Positions 39,008 to 49,178 of a DNA stretch of 64,000 bases are shown one piece after another. The DNA comes from Candidatus Omnitrophota bacterium (lineage in GTDB: Bacteria; Omnitrophota; Gorgyraeia; Gygaellales; Profunditerraquicolaceae). A program made the position numbers and the translations under genes. How positions within the stretch are numbered: the stretch's first letter is position 1; every line of letters starts with the position of its first letter. The DNA lies in assembly GCA_016208765.1 (NCBI GenBank), contig JACQXK010000009.1, positions 20,819-84,818 of the forward strand, given 5' to 3'. A model generated the notes under the pieces. The model did no database searches and was not told the origin of the DNA. It saw only the letters and a list, made by a program, of their open reading frames with translations.

Positions 39008-40848
39008 TGCTGCTTGAGAAAATTAATTCACCCGCTGATTTAAAGAAATTACCGCTTTCGCAGTTGCCTCTTTTGGCCCAGGAAATACGCCAGAGGATAA
39101 TAGAGGTTGTTTCTTCATCCGGCGGGCATATTGCATCAAGCTTAGGGGCGGTGGAATTGATCATTGCCCTTCACTATTGTTTAAATGCGCCTCAGGATAA
39201 AATTATTTTTGATGTCGGGCACCAGGCTTATGCGCATAAAATTTTGACAGGAAGAAATAAAAATTTTTCAACCCTGCGCCAGTTCGGCGGGATCAGCGGG
39301 TTTCCTTCCAGGGATGAGTCGGAATACGATTGTTTTACTACCGGCCATAGTTCAAATGCAGTCTCTTTGGCTATGGGGCTGGTTTGCGCGCGTGATTATA
39401 ATCTGGAGCAATACAGGGTTGCTGCGGTAATTGGAGACGGTTCTTTGAGCGGCGGGCCCTGTTTTGAGGGTTTGAATAATGCGGGTCATCTAAAAAAAGA
39501 TGTATTGATTGTTCTAAACACAAATGAATTAAGCATTGCTCCGAATGTGGGGGCTATTAGCACATATCTGAATAAATTAATTTCTCTTCCTGTATATAAC
39601 CGTTTTAAGGCATCCCTTGAGAGCTTTGCCACTCAGCGCCTTCCGCGCGGGAGCCGCTTGGTAAAACTGGCGAATAAATTTGAAGAAGGCTTAAAGGGTT
39701 TGTTTGTCCCGGGGATGCTGTTTGAAGAATTAGGCTTTCGTTACTTCGGGCCTTTTGACGGCAATGATGTGGAGTTGTTAATTAACAGGCTGAAGAATAT
39801 TTTAACTATTCGCGCTCCGTTATTGGTGCATGTTATAACTAAAAAAGGAAAAGGTTATCTGCCTTCAGAGAACGAGCCGGTCAAGTTTCACGGGATAAGC
39901 CCGTTTGAGATTGAGACAGGGGATGCTTTAGCGGCAAAGAAAATAGAGACATATACCGATGTTTTTGGCAAAGAGATGGTTAGCCTTGGTGCAAAAAGAA
40001 AAGAGCTTGTTGCGATTACCGCAGCCATGCCTGAAGGAACGGGGTTGGATAAATTCCGAGATGCTTACCCAAAAAGATTCTTTGATGTCGGGATTGCCGA
40101 GGCGCATGCCGTGTCTTTTGCAGCAGGCCTGGCAAGGTCCGGGCTTGTGCCGGTAGTTGCGGTATATTCCACTTTTTTGCAGCGCGCCTATGATCAAATT
40201 GTTGAGGATGTTTGTTTGCAGAATTTAGCCGTGGTTTTGGCCGTTGACCGTGCAGGGATCGTCGGAGAGGACGGGATAACGCATCAGGGTATATTTGACA
40301 TTGCTTTTTTAAGGCATATTCCTAACTTGGTACTGATGGCCCCTAAAGATGCTGATGAATTCAGGGCAATGCTTGAATTTGCGCTAAACTTGAAAAAGCC
40401 GGTTGCAATCAGGTATCCAAGGTCAGCTTGTCCTGCAGCAAGCAGCCCAATTCCCGGGATTGAGCTTGGTAAGCCGGAAATTATCAAAAAAGGAAAAGAT
40501 TTTGCTATAATTGCCTTAGGGAGCATGGTTGAACAGGCGGCTCAGGCAATTATGATTTTGGAGAAGTCTGACTTAAAAGGGGCTCTAATAAACGCGCGTT
40601 TTGTCAAACCGTTAGATAAAACAATCCTTCAGGGTATTGCAAGAGAATATAAATATGTTTTTACAATTGAAGAGGGAGTTTTAGACGCAGGGTTTGGTTC
40701 TGCTGTTGAAGAGGTTTTAGAAAAAACAGTTACAAGGATTGGTCTGCCGTCAGAATTTGTTGTGCATGGAAAAAGAAATTTGCTTTTAGAGAAATACGGG
40801 TTAACTGCAAACGGAATTGTAAATAAAATAAAAGAGGTTGTTCATTAA
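39007..40848 (+). CDS. dxs: 1-deoxy-D-xylulose-5-phosphate synthase
   Basis: TPP-binding GDG motif (IGDGSLSGG), transketolase-like pyrimidine-binding and C-terminal domains; 613 aa. Confidence 0.9.
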   Translation: MLLEKINSPADLKKLPLSQLPLLAQEIRQRIIEVVSSSGGHIASSLGAVELIIALHYCLNAPQDKIIFDVGHQAYAHKILTGRNKNFSTLRQFGGISGFPSRDESEYDCFTTGHSSNAVSLAMGLVCARDYNLEQYRVAAVIGDGSLSGGPCFEGLNNAGHLKKDVLIVLNTNELSIAPNVGAISTYLNKLISLPVYNRFKASLESFATQRLPRGSRLVKLANKFEEGLKGLFVPGMLFEELGFRYFGPFDGNDVELLINRLKNILTIRAPLLVHVITKKGKGYLPSENEPVKFHGISPFEIETGDALAAKKIETYTDVFGKEMVSLGAKRKELVAITAAMPEGTGLDKFRDAYPKRFFDVGIAEAHAVSFAAGLARSGLVPVVAVYSTFLQRAYDQIVEDVCLQNLAVVLAVDRAGIVGEDGITHQGIFDIAFLRHIPNLVLMAPKDADEFRAMLEFALNLKKPVAIRYPRSACPAASSPIPGIELGKPEIIKKGKDFAIIALGSMVEQAAQAIMILEKSDLKGALINARFVKPLDKTILQGIAREYKYVFTIEEGVLDAGFGSAVEEVLEKTVTRIGLPSEFVVHGKRNLLLEKYGLTANGIVNKIKEVVH

Positions 40849-40862
40849 AAATTATTGAAAAA

Positions 40863-41066
40863 ATGGCCAAAGTTGTTATAAATAAAGAAAAGTGCAAGGG
40901 TTGTTTGTTATGTGTTAGTTTCTGTCCGAAAGGCTTATTGATTGTTGATACGGAGTTGAATACTAAAGGCATCAGGCCGGTAAAATTAAAAGAAGCAGCT
41001 GGATTTATTGGTTGTGCCCAGTGTGCGGTGATTTGCCCGGACTGCTGTATTGAAATTCATGAATAA
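40863..41066 (+). CDS. 4Fe-4S ferredoxin, delta subunit of 2-oxoacid:ferredoxin oxidoreductase
   Basis: Two CxxCxxCxxxCP motifs in 67 aa, immediately upstream of the alpha/beta/gamma subunits. Confidence 0.7.
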   Translation: MAKVVINKEKCKGCLLCVSFCPKGLLIVDTELNTKGIRPVKLKEAAGFIGCAQCAVICPDCCIEIHE

Positions 41067-42135
41067 GAAAATTTTGATGACAGGGAATGAAGCTTTTGCT
41101 AAAGGCGCTTTAGATGCAGGGTGCCGTTTTTATGCCGGCTATCCGATTACCCCGCAAAATGAGCTGCCTGCATATATGGCGTTAAATATGCCGCAGGTTG
41201 GGGGAGTGTTTATTCAGGCTGAGTCGGAGATCGCTGCAATTAATATGGTTTTTGGCGCTTCAGCCGCAGGAGCAAGGTCAATGACTTCTTCTTCAAGCCC
41301 GGGGATAAGCCTTAAGCAGGAAGGGATTTCTTATTTAGCAGGGGCAGAATTACCGTCGGTAATTATTAATGTCATGCGCGCAGGCCCTGGCTTAGGGAAT
41401 ATCTGGCCGTCGCAGTCTGATTATTTTCAGGCCACACGCAGCGCAGGGCACGGGGATAGCCACTGTATTGTCCTAGCGCCTTCTGCGGTGCAGGAGTCAT
41501 ATGATATTATGACGCTGGCGTTTGACCTGGCGGATAAATATCGTAATCCTGTAATGATTATGGGTGATGGTTTGTTGGGGCAGATGATGGAACCTGTTTT
41601 GGCAACTAACCAACGACAGGCGACAGGAGACAGGCGACAGGCGACTAAACCATGGGCAGTAACAGGATGTAAAGGAAGGAAACGCAACATTACCAAATCT
41701 TTTTACTTGCGGGAAGGCGATCTTGAGCAATTTAATATTTTATTACAGAAAAAATACCAAGAAATCCAGGAAAAAGAAGAGCGTTATGAAGGTTTATTTT
41801 TAGAAGATGCGGAATTAGTTTTGGTTGGGTACGGGACAATGTCTAGAATTGCCAAGTCGGCAATGTATAGATTGCGCGAAGAAAATTATAAGATAGGATT
41901 GATCCGGCCAATTACGCTTTGGCCTTTTCCAAAAAAGGTTTTTGAGAGTATGGGGAAAGCTATTTTCCTAGCCGTAGAAATGTCTTATGGGCAGATGGTT
42001 GAAGATGTTAAATTGGCGCTTAATTGCCGTTTTCCTGTGGAATTTCTTGGCCGTTCCGGCGGAGGGGTTGTATCTGAAGAAGATATAATTAATAAAGTGA
42101 AAGGCCTCATAAATAAAACAAACCGAGATGAATAA
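41050..42135 (+). CDS. 2-oxoacid:ferredoxin oxidoreductase alpha subunit; contains an in-frame heptamer array
   Basis: POR/KOR alpha-subunit N-terminal domain (GNEAFAKGALDAGCRFYAGYPITP) and transketolase-C-like region. Confidence 0.8.
   Translation: MKFMNKKILMTGNEAFAKGALDAGCRFYAGYPITPQNELPAYMALNMPQVGGVFIQAESEIAAINMVFGASAAGARSMTSSSSPGISLKQEGISYLAGAELPSVIINVMRAGPGLGNIWPSQSDYFQATRSAGHGDSHCIVLAPSAVQESYDIMTLAFDLADKYRNPVMIMGDGLLGQMMEPVLATNQRQATGDRRQATKPWAVTGCKGRKRNITKSFYLREGDLEQFNILLQKKYQEIQEKEERYEGLFLEDAELVLVGYGTMSRIAKSAMYRLREENYKIGLIRPITLWPFPKKVFESMGKAIFLAVEMSYGQMVEDVKLALNCRFPVEFLGRSGGGVVSEEDIINKVKGLINKTNRDE
41611..41644. repeat. in-frame heptamer tandem array inside the OFOR alpha gene
   Basis: caacgacaggcgacaggagacaggcgacaggcga encodes QRQATGDRRQAT. 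Confidence 0.8.
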
Positions 42136-42856
42136 AACTTTTATTCGCCCAAAATCATTGGTTGATGTGCCAACGCATTATTGCCCGGGTTGCGGGCATG
42201 GCATTGCGCACAGATTAGTTGCTGAGGTGGTGGATGAACTTGGGATTCGCGAGAGAGTAATTGGCGTAACTCCTATTGGCTGCGCCGTGGTTGCTTATGA
42301 TTACTGGGATTTTGATTGTTCTGAGGCAGCGCACGGCAGGGCTTTGGCAGTAGCAACTGCAATCAAAAGGGTCAGGCCGGAAAACATTGTTTTTACCTAC
42401 CAAGGCGACGGAGATTTGGCTGCAATCGGGACAAGCGAAACAATCCATGCCGCAAACAGAGGAGAAAACCTGACGGTAGTATTTATTAATAATGCTATTT
42501 ACGGCATGACCGGCGGCCAGATGGCTCCGACTACATTGTTAAAGCAAAAGACGGCTACCACTCCTTTAGGCAGAGAAGTAAAATATCACGGGTATCCCTT
42601 AAAGATTTCAGAAATGCTGGCTGTGCTTCCCGGGGTTAAATATATTGAACGCGTGTCTTTGCAATCTCCGCAGGCGGTATTAAACGCCAAGAAGGCATTG
42701 AAGCATGCATTTGAAAATCAGATAAATGATGTAGGTTTTTCTTTAGTAGAGTTCCTTTCTCCCTGCCCGACGTATTGGGGGATGTCTCCTCGTCAGGCAA
42801 TGGATTGGGTTAGAGATGTAATGAGCAAAGAGTTTCCGATAGGAAGAATTAAATGA
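42128..42856 (+). CDS. 2-oxoacid:ferredoxin oxidoreductase beta subunit (TPP-binding)
   Basis: TPP motif GDGD...N (YQGDGDLAAIG...NN) and the CPGCGHG N-terminal motif. Confidence 0.85.
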   Translation: MNKTFIRPKSLVDVPTHYCPGCGHGIAHRLVAEVVDELGIRERVIGVTPIGCAVVAYDYWDFDCSEAAHGRALAVATAIKRVRPENIVFTYQGDGDLAAIGTSETIHAANRGENLTVVFINNAIYGMTGGQMAPTTLLKQKTATTPLGREVKYHGYPLKISEMLAVLPGVKYIERVSLQSPQAVLNAKKALKHAFENQINDVGFSLVEFLSPCPTYWGMSPRQAMDWVRDVMSKEFPIGRIK

Positions 42857-43380
42857 TAGAACGCATAATTATAGCTGGCGCAGGCGGGCAAGGCGTAATG
42901 CTTTTAGGCAAGGTGTTAGCCGAGGCTGCGATGCGCGAAGATAAATTTGTTACCTGGCTTCCTTCTTATGGCGCAGAAGTGCGCGGCGGGACAGCGCATT
43001 GCATGGTGGTTATCTCTGATAAAGAGATCGGCTCTCCTTATATTGACAAAGCCGACACATTAATTATAATGAACAAGCCGTCTTTGGCAAAATTTGAGAA
43101 AAGGGTCAGGCCCGGCGGGCTCAGGATAGTTAATAGTTCTTTGTCCGGGGAAGATTTAAAGAAAACTGATAATCTGATAAATCAGCCTTTTACAGGCGTA
43201 GCAGAGCAATTGGGAAATATTAAAATTGCTAATATGGTAGCTTTGGGCTGCTACATCGGGCACAGGAAGATTATTGAGCCGGGGATAATTAAACAGGTGA
43301 TGGCAGAAATTGCCCCTAAGGATAAACAAAGCCTGGTTGAAATCAATCAGCAGGCATTTTTTGCAGGAATGAAACTATGA
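42853..43380 (+). CDS. 2-oxoacid:ferredoxin oxidoreductase gamma subunit
   Basis: 175 aa with the GxGGQG motif (IAGAGGQGVMLLGK). Confidence 0.8.
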   Translation: MIERIIIAGAGGQGVMLLGKVLAEAAMREDKFVTWLPSYGAEVRGGTAHCMVVISDKEIGSPYIDKADTLIIMNKPSLAKFEKRVRPGGLRIVNSSLSGEDLKKTDNLINQPFTGVAEQLGNIKIANMVALGCYIGHRKIIEPGIIKQVMAEIAPKDKQSLVEINQQAFFAGMKL

Positions 43381-44678
43381 TTAGAGTAAGATTTGCTCCC
43401 AGCCCGACGGGATATTTGCATATTGGAGGAGGACGTACAGCCTTGTTTAACTGGCTTTATGCCCGCGCAAAAAACGGTAAATTTGTTTTGCGCATTGAAG
43501 ATACTGATGTCACCCGCTCAAAACAGGAGTATGTTGATGAAATTTTACAGAGCCTTGGCTGGCTGGGGTTTAACTGGGATGAAATTTATTATCAGAGCCA
43601 GCGCGTGCATTTGTATCGCGAATATGCCGACAAACTATTAAAGGCGGGCCTTGCTTACACCGAGAAACTTCCAGACAAACCCGGAGAAGCAATTATTTTT
43701 AAAGTCACTCCTCAGAAAATAAAGGTCAAAGATTTGATTCGCGGAGAAATAGAATTTGATTCTGAAACAATCAAAGACCAGGTTTTGATTAAGTCTGACG
43801 GTTCTGCTACTTATAATTTCGCCTGCGTGGTGGATGACGCAACCATGAACATTACACATGTTATCCGCGGTGATGATCACATCTCTAATACTCCCAAACA
43901 AATTCTTTTTTACCATGCGTTAGGTTTTGAGGTGCCGAATTTTGCGCATCTTCCTTTAATTTTAGGAATGGAAGGCGGAAGGCTTTCAAAAAGAACAGGA
44001 GCAACTGCGATCAGCGATTACCGTCGCATGGGGTATCTGGCTGAGGCGTTGGTAAATTATTTATTGCTTCTGAGCTGGTCTCCGGGTGAGAACCGGGAGA
44101 TTATTGATATAAATGATGCAATCAAGCTGTTTGACATAACTAATGTTAATAAAACCGCAGCAACATTTAATCTGGATAAATTAAATTGGATCAATAACCA
44201 ATATTTAAAAAAAGAAGACCCTGAAAAACTAACCGATATAGTTATCCCGCAGCTTATTGAAAAAGGGTATATTGATAAGGATAATTTTGACAGGGCTTAC
44301 GTAGTTTCTCTGGTTAATTTATTCAAAGAGCGCATGCAGACGCTAAATGATTTTTGCGGCTGGGCGGATTTTTTCTTTGTTAAAGAAGTTTCTATTGATC
44401 CCAAGGCTCAGGAAAAGCATCTCTCTAAAGACTATTCAAAGGAATTCGGCCTTTTTATCAAACGCCTTGATGCGCTTAGCCAGTTTGATGTTGTTAGCAT
44501 TGAAGATTGCTTCAGAAAATTAGTGGCTGAGCTTGGAATTGAAGCAAAGGTTTTGATCCATCCTGTGCGCGTGGCTCTTACTGGAAAAACTGTGGGCCCC
44601 GGGCTGTTTGATGTGGTATACTATTTAGGTAGGGAGCGCGTTAAACAAAGGCTGGAGAGGTTATCAAAAAAGGAGTAG
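43377..44678 (+). CDS. gltX: glutamate--tRNA ligase
   Basis: Class I HIGH (SPTGYLHIGG) and KMSKS-like (RLSKR) motifs; 433 aa. Confidence 0.9.
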   Translation: MIRVRFAPSPTGYLHIGGGRTALFNWLYARAKNGKFVLRIEDTDVTRSKQEYVDEILQSLGWLGFNWDEIYYQSQRVHLYREYADKLLKAGLAYTEKLPDKPGEAIIFKVTPQKIKVKDLIRGEIEFDSETIKDQVLIKSDGSATYNFACVVDDATMNITHVIRGDDHISNTPKQILFYHALGFEVPNFAHLPLILGMEGGRLSKRTGATAISDYRRMGYLAEALVNYLLLLSWSPGENREIIDINDAIKLFDITNVNKTAATFNLDKLNWINNQYLKKEDPEKLTDIVIPQLIEKGYIDKDNFDRAYVVSLVNLFKERMQTLNDFCGWADFFFVKEVSIDPKAQEKHLSKDYSKEFGLFIKRLDALSQFDVVSIEDCFRKLVAELGIEAKVLIHPVRVALTGKTVGPGLFDVVYYLGRERVKQRLERLSKKE

Positions 44679-44683
44679 AGATC

Positions 44684-44887
44684 ATGAAAAAAAATAAATT
44701 AATTCTGGTTTCTTTAATTTTCTGCATTTCTCTTATTAGTATTATCGGCTGTAACACAATTGAAAAGTCAACTGATGGCCTGGCCTGCGGAGCGAAATTA
44801 ACCGGTCAAGGCATTGCTCAGGATTCCAAAGGATTAGTTGCGGCAATTGGCAGGGCTGATAATTGGATCAAGGAAAACCTTTGGTAA
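44684..44887 (+). CDS. small hypothetical lipoprotein
   Basis: 67 aa, signal peptide with IIGC lipobox. Confidence 0.3.
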   Translation: MKKNKLILVSLIFCISLISIIGCNTIEKSTDGLACGAKLTGQGIAQDSKGLVAAIGRADNWIKENLW

Positions 44888-44889
44888 AA

Positions 44890-45795
44890 TTAAACAGGCA
44901 ATACCAGTAATAATACCGCAGTTTCAAAAAATACCACTCCTAAAATAAACCACTTTAAATTTACGATTGATTTTTGCTGCGCAGGGGATGTTATAAAAAT
45001 AATTGCCTGATAAAAGAGTGTTATTCCTGAGCTAATCAGTAGCATTAAGGCAGGCGGGTTGATTTTAGCAATAGCGTTAACCTGCGAAAAATACAAGAAA
45101 GAAGAAAAAGGAGCGCTTAAGAGCAGCAAGCCGACCACGCTTGCTTTTTTGGCACCAAGAGCAACTACAAATGTTCTTATCCCTGCCAATTTATCTCCCG
45201 CGTAATCTTTAAAATCTGAGTAGAAACAAAGCAGGAAATTAATCTGCCAGATTAAAATTGCCATTGCCGCAAGCCTTGGGTCAAGAAAGATTGCAAATGT
45301 ATTTTTTGGGTTGGCGCAAAGCCCGGCATAATACACGCATGGGGCAAGAAGCAGCCCAAAAATAATATTTCCTAAAAGGGGCAAATGCTTTTTTTGTTGG
45401 TAGGCGATATTCAAAAGGAAAATGAAGATATAAATTAAGCATGCCCGCGGGTTAAGAAAAAATGTAATTATTAATCCGAATATAAATAGCCACATGCTAA
45501 GCCAAATAGCAAACTTTAAATTAAGCATGCCGGTAATTAGGGGCCTTCTGGGCGCATTGTGTGTATCTTCTTTTTGCCCCAAACAGTCATTGACTACCTG
45601 ATTTACACCCCAGCCAAAGAATAAAATAACCAAGATAATTATTGTCCTGGCGGTATTTACCGGCCAGAAATTTACCACCCCAATTAAGCCTACTATTACT
45701 GAAATAGGCGCTGCATAAAGGCGCATAGAGCTTAAATATGCCAGAATATTCTTTATAATTTCTCTTTTCATCTTAAGAACCCATTTTGCCTCCAC
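44890..45795 (-). CDS. UbiA-family prenyltransferase (membrane)
   Basis: Polytopic protein with the Asp-rich motifs NDxxDxxxD (NQVVNDCLGQKEDT) and YSDFKDYAGD. Last gene of the minus-strand lipid operon. Confidence 0.65.
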   Translation of the reverse strand: MEAKWVLKMKREIIKNILAYLSSMRLYAAPISVIVGLIGVVNFWPVNTARTIIILVILFFGWGVNQVVNDCLGQKEDTHNAPRRPLITGMLNLKFAIWLSMWLFIFGLIITFFLNPRACLIYIFIFLLNIAYQQKKHLPLLGNIIFGLLLAPCVYYAGLCANPKNTFAIFLDPRLAAMAILIWQINFLLCFYSDFKDYAGDKLAGIRTFVVALGAKKASVVGLLLLSAPFSSFLYFSQVNAIAKINPPALMLLISSGITLFYQAIIFITSPAQQKSIVNLKWFILGVVFFETAVLLLVLPV

Positions 45796-46799
45796 CAGCG
45801 AACAGTTTTTTGCACGGCGTGATAAACTGGTGTTTGGGGAGCAAGGTTTAATAATTGTTGCGCTTTGGTGTTGTTATAGACATTATTGCAATAATATATT
45901 TTAACCCTGGCGCGGTTTAAAAAAGGAGATTTATTAATTTTGAGCGCTTTGTATAAAAATTCCAGAAAAATACCAACAGGCATAAAGAAAATCTCTGGTA
46001 ACGAATAAGGCAGCTTTAGCTTTAAGGCAGAACAAAAGCTGCCAAGGAATTCTTTCAGAATTAAAGGTTTATTATCTGCTATGATAAAAATATTTGTTCC
46101 TTTGGGCATTTTCTCTGCAAGACTTGCCATATTTTTGGCCAAATCTTCCACATATACTAAATGGAATAATTTATTGCCGTTAAAGGGCATAATAGCATAT
46201 CCTTCCTGCACTGCTTTTGAGAAGATGTATGGCCCTGCGTGAAATTCTCTTGGCCCATATACCCAGGGGGCACGGATAATAGTCAGGTTGACTGCTTTAT
46301 CGCGGCAGAAATTTGTTGCTTCAGTTTCAGCCAGCGTTTTGCTTATTCTATAATAATTCATATTAGATTCAAGCAGAAAAGAGAGTGGATAGCTTTGTCT
46401 GGGGTTATAAGGGCTGAGCTCATCTTTAGGGGACAGTTGGTCTTCCTCGCCTAATACGGCGCAGCTGCTTAAAAGGATGAAATTATTTATGCCGTTATTA
46501 AAACCAGCCTTTAGAATATTTTCTGTTCCCTCAACATTGGTTTTAAAGAAATCTGATTTCCTGCCCCAGTCAGAGGCAAGCGCAGCTGTGTGATAAATAA
46601 TATCAAATCCTGAAGTTATTTTTTTAACCTGCGCATAGTCGCGGATGTCAGCATGGCAAATTTTTATTTTCTTTAAAGGTAAAAATTTAAGCGGACTTGT
46701 TTTTCGGCAGCAAACAGTAACATCGTGTTTTAGTTTGACTAATTGCTTTACAATATGGCTTCCAATAAAACCTGTCCCGCCGGTAACAAGGATTTTCAT
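45768..46799 (-). CDS. NAD-dependent epimerase/dehydratase (extended SDR)
   Basis: N-terminal TGGTGFIGSH Rossmann motif and a YxxxK catalytic region (YRISK). Confidence 0.8.
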   Translation of the reverse strand: MKILVTGGTGFIGSHIVKQLVKLKHDVTVCCRKTSPLKFLPLKKIKICHADIRDYAQVKKITSGFDIIYHTAALASDWGRKSDFFKTNVEGTENILKAGFNNGINNFILLSSCAVLGEEDQLSPKDELSPYNPRQSYPLSFLLESNMNYYRISKTLAETEATNFCRDKAVNLTIIRAPWVYGPREFHAGPYIFSKAVQEGYAIMPFNGNKLFHLVYVEDLAKNMASLAEKMPKGTNIFIIADNKPLILKEFLGSFCSALKLKLPYSLPEIFFMPVGIFLEFLYKALKINKSPFLNRARVKIYYCNNVYNNTKAQQLLNLAPQTPVYHAVQKTVRWWRQNGFLR

Positions 46800-47785
46800 T
46801 TTGTAATTACTTCCAATGCTTTATGCATAACTGAAATTTCCGCTGGCAGTATCCCCATTGCATCCCCATCAAATTCCACTTGTGGATGTTCAGGGCAATA
46901 GCTGATGTTGACATTATTTGCGTAAGTAATGCGCGCGCCGTTATATTTAAGAAAATTTCCAAAATAAAGCTTGGGTATATTTATGAAAAGCTCAATCCAG
47001 GACGCAGGGGCTATTTGTAAACAATATAATTTTCCGTCATCAGGAGAGATTTTGTTAAATACCCGCATTCCTGAGGCAAGATAAGGGTCTTTGCCAACAG
47101 TAAAATTAATCAGGTTTTTTAATTCGGTTTTTGTCCCGTCAATATCAACTTGTAAGTTAAACTTTTTAAATCCGCAAAGTGAGGTTAAAAGCGCAAGAAA
47201 TGTGCCGCAGGCATCTCCAAGATATTTGCGGTAACGCGAATTAGCTTTGAAAGCTATTCTTGGCCCTAAGCCAATATTGACATTACTTGCAAAATAGGAA
47301 GTTACTTGTTTAACTGCATTTGGCTCAAAGCTCTGATAAGTAATCTTACCGATGTCAATTAACCTCGTTTTTCCTTGTGTAAGCGTATGAATTGCCGCAG
47401 GGATTTGTATCGGGATATTATGGTATTTATTAAAATCTGGGCTGGTCCCGATATGAATAACTCCCAATTTTGGCATGTTGGATGTGGTGTTAGCTAAAAA
47501 TAATCCCGTGATAACCTCGGCAATTGTCCCGTCTCCGCCAACTGCGACTACAATAGGGTAGTTTTCTTTTTTGGCAGTTTGCGAAAACACGATTGCCTCT
47601 TTTGGTTTTTGAGTAAGGGCATAATCAAATTTAATTTTTAATTCCTGTAATTTATTGATAATAATTTTATATTCTTTTTTTGCCCTGCCCGAGCAGGCTG
47701 TGGGGTTAATAATCAGGAAATACTCTTTATCGCGGATATTCATTTCTGATTTTCTTAAAGATTGTAACGCTTTTTTTGATGTCAT
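46796..47785 (-). CDS. DAGK_cat-family lipid kinase (diacylglycerol/sphingoid-base kinase-like)
   Basis: LIINPTACSG and VVAVGGDGTIAEV motifs of the DAGK catalytic domain. The start may be at the internal Met (MNIRDKEYFLIINP), which would remove the overlap with the upstream gene. Confidence 0.7.
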   Translation of the reverse strand: MTSKKALQSLRKSEMNIRDKEYFLIINPTACSGRAKKEYKIIINKLQELKIKFDYALTQKPKEAIVFSQTAKKENYPIVVAVGGDGTIAEVITGLFLANTTSNMPKLGVIHIGTSPDFNKYHNIPIQIPAAIHTLTQGKTRLIDIGKITYQSFEPNAVKQVTSYFASNVNIGLGPRIAFKANSRYRKYLGDACGTFLALLTSLCGFKKFNLQVDIDGTKTELKNLINFTVGKDPYLASGMRVFNKISPDDGKLYCLQIAPASWIELFINIPKLYFGNFLKYNGARITYANNVNISYCPEHPQVEFDGDAMGILPAEISVMHKALEVITK

Positions 47786-49178
47786 TATTGTTTAAATAAG
47801 TAGATACTGATAATCTGATCCGTGGAGAATCATGCGGGACGCTTGGCGGGACAAACGGGATAGCATAAATTTTGTTTGAAAAAAGCAGTTTTGAAAACCT
47901 TAGAGTAGAATAAGTGTCAGGAAACAAAATAGAGAAAAGCGGAGCCTGCGATGGCGTGAGTTTATAATTCATATTTTGTAAGGCAGCGTACAATGTATTT
48001 TTCAAATTAAATATTCTCCTGCGTGCTTTTGCGGATTTTCTTATTAAATCCAGCGAAGCTGTTGTTGCTGCGGCAATATGCGCAGGAAGCGCAGTAGAGT
48101 ATAAATACTGGCTGGAATTATAACGCAAATATTCAATAATTTTATTCTTGCCGGCGATAAATCCTCCGAAAGTCCCGCAGGCCTTGCCAAGCGAACCGGT
48201 GATAAGCATGATATCATTAAACCCGCGGTAATATTCAAGGATTCCTCTTCCGGATTTTCCTAAAACTCCGATCCCGTGGGAGTCATCAACAATAATTCCT
48301 GCCTTATAGGTTTTACCGAGCGCAATAATTTTATCAAGATCAGCAATTGTCCCGTCTGTGCTGTAAAGCCCTTCAATGACAATAAAACGCATACGCAAAT
48401 TTTGAGAATCTTTCAGTATTTTCTCCAAATTTGCCATGTCGTTATGGGCAAAAAAAATCAGTTTCGCTTTAGAAAGCAGGCAACTGTTAATTAAGGAGGA
48501 GTGAATATCTTTATCTGCAATAATAATGTCGGTTTCTTTTGCAAACGCCTGAAATATACCAAGATTTGCCTGATATCCTGACGGATAAACTATCGCGGCA
48601 TCTTGTCTGAGAAAAGATGCAAGTTTTTTCTCAAGACTAAGGTTTAAATCAGTTGAACCCAGGACAATCGGGGTCGCGCACATACTTAATCCATATTTCT
48701 TGATTGCTTTAATGGCTGCGGATTTGAGTGTTTTATTTTGTGACAGGCCTAAGTAATCATTGCTGCCGAAATTAAACATCTCTTTGTTGTTAATCTTTAT
48801 TTTTTTGGATAATCCGCTATTTATTGGTTGGTAGTAAGGATTAAATTTTAATTTCTCAAACACAACTTTATCAACAAAAAGGCTGTCAGAGAATTCTGCT
48901 CGCTGGTTTTTAGCAGAGGGCTCATTGTTCAAGGCTGGTTTCTGCGCATCTAAGTAGTTTATTAAATCAACTACACTAACGGCAGGATGAAACATTTTTT
49001 CATCTATGTTGATGCCAAATGCCTGCTCAATGTTGTAGATTAATTCTATGCCGCTAAAGGAGTCAATGCCTAAATCAGCGAGCAGCTTGGAATCAGGGTG
49101 AATTTTGCTGGTATTTTTTTCTTTTCCTGCCCCGGCAAGTAATTCTTTAAGTTGTGTTATCAGGTTTTTTGTCATCAA
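47727..49178 (-). CDS. acyl-carrier-protein domain fused to an alpha-oxoamine synthase (AONS/KBL/serine-palmitoyltransferase family, PLP-dependent)
   Basis: N-terminal PP-binding motif LGIDSFSGIEL, then a class-II aminotransferase fold with the PLP-lysine motif GSLGKACG and the DDSHGIGVLG / IIADKDIHSS blocks typical of Bio-F/SPT-type enzymes. Confidence 0.75.
   Translation of the reverse strand: MMTKNLITQLKELLAGAGKEKNTSKIHPDSKLLADLGIDSFSGIELIYNIEQAFGINIDEKMFHPAVSVVDLINYLDAQKPALNNEPSAKNQRAEFSDSLFVDKVVFEKLKFNPYYQPINSGLSKKIKINNKEMFNFGSNDYLGLSQNKTLKSAAIKAIKKYGLSMCATPIVLGSTDLNLSLEKKLASFLRQDAAIVYPSGYQANLGIFQAFAKETDIIIADKDIHSSLINSCLLSKAKLIFFAHNDMANLEKILKDSQNLRMRFIVIEGLYSTDGTIADLDKIIALGKTYKAGIIVDDSHGIGVLGKSGRGILEYYRGFNDIMLITGSLGKACGTFGGFIAGKNKIIEYLRYNSSQYLYSTALPAHIAAATTASLDLIRKSAKARRRIFNLKNTLYAALQNMNYKLTPSQAPLFSILFPDTYSTLRFSKLLFSNKIYAIPFVPPSVPHDSPRIRLSVSTYLNNNDIKKSVTIFKKIRNEYPR

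Noticed and set aside
41427-41730. Minus-strand ORFs 41427-41696 and 41497-41730
   Set aside because: Open frames created by the stop-free heptamer repeat read in antisense inside the OFOR alpha gene.
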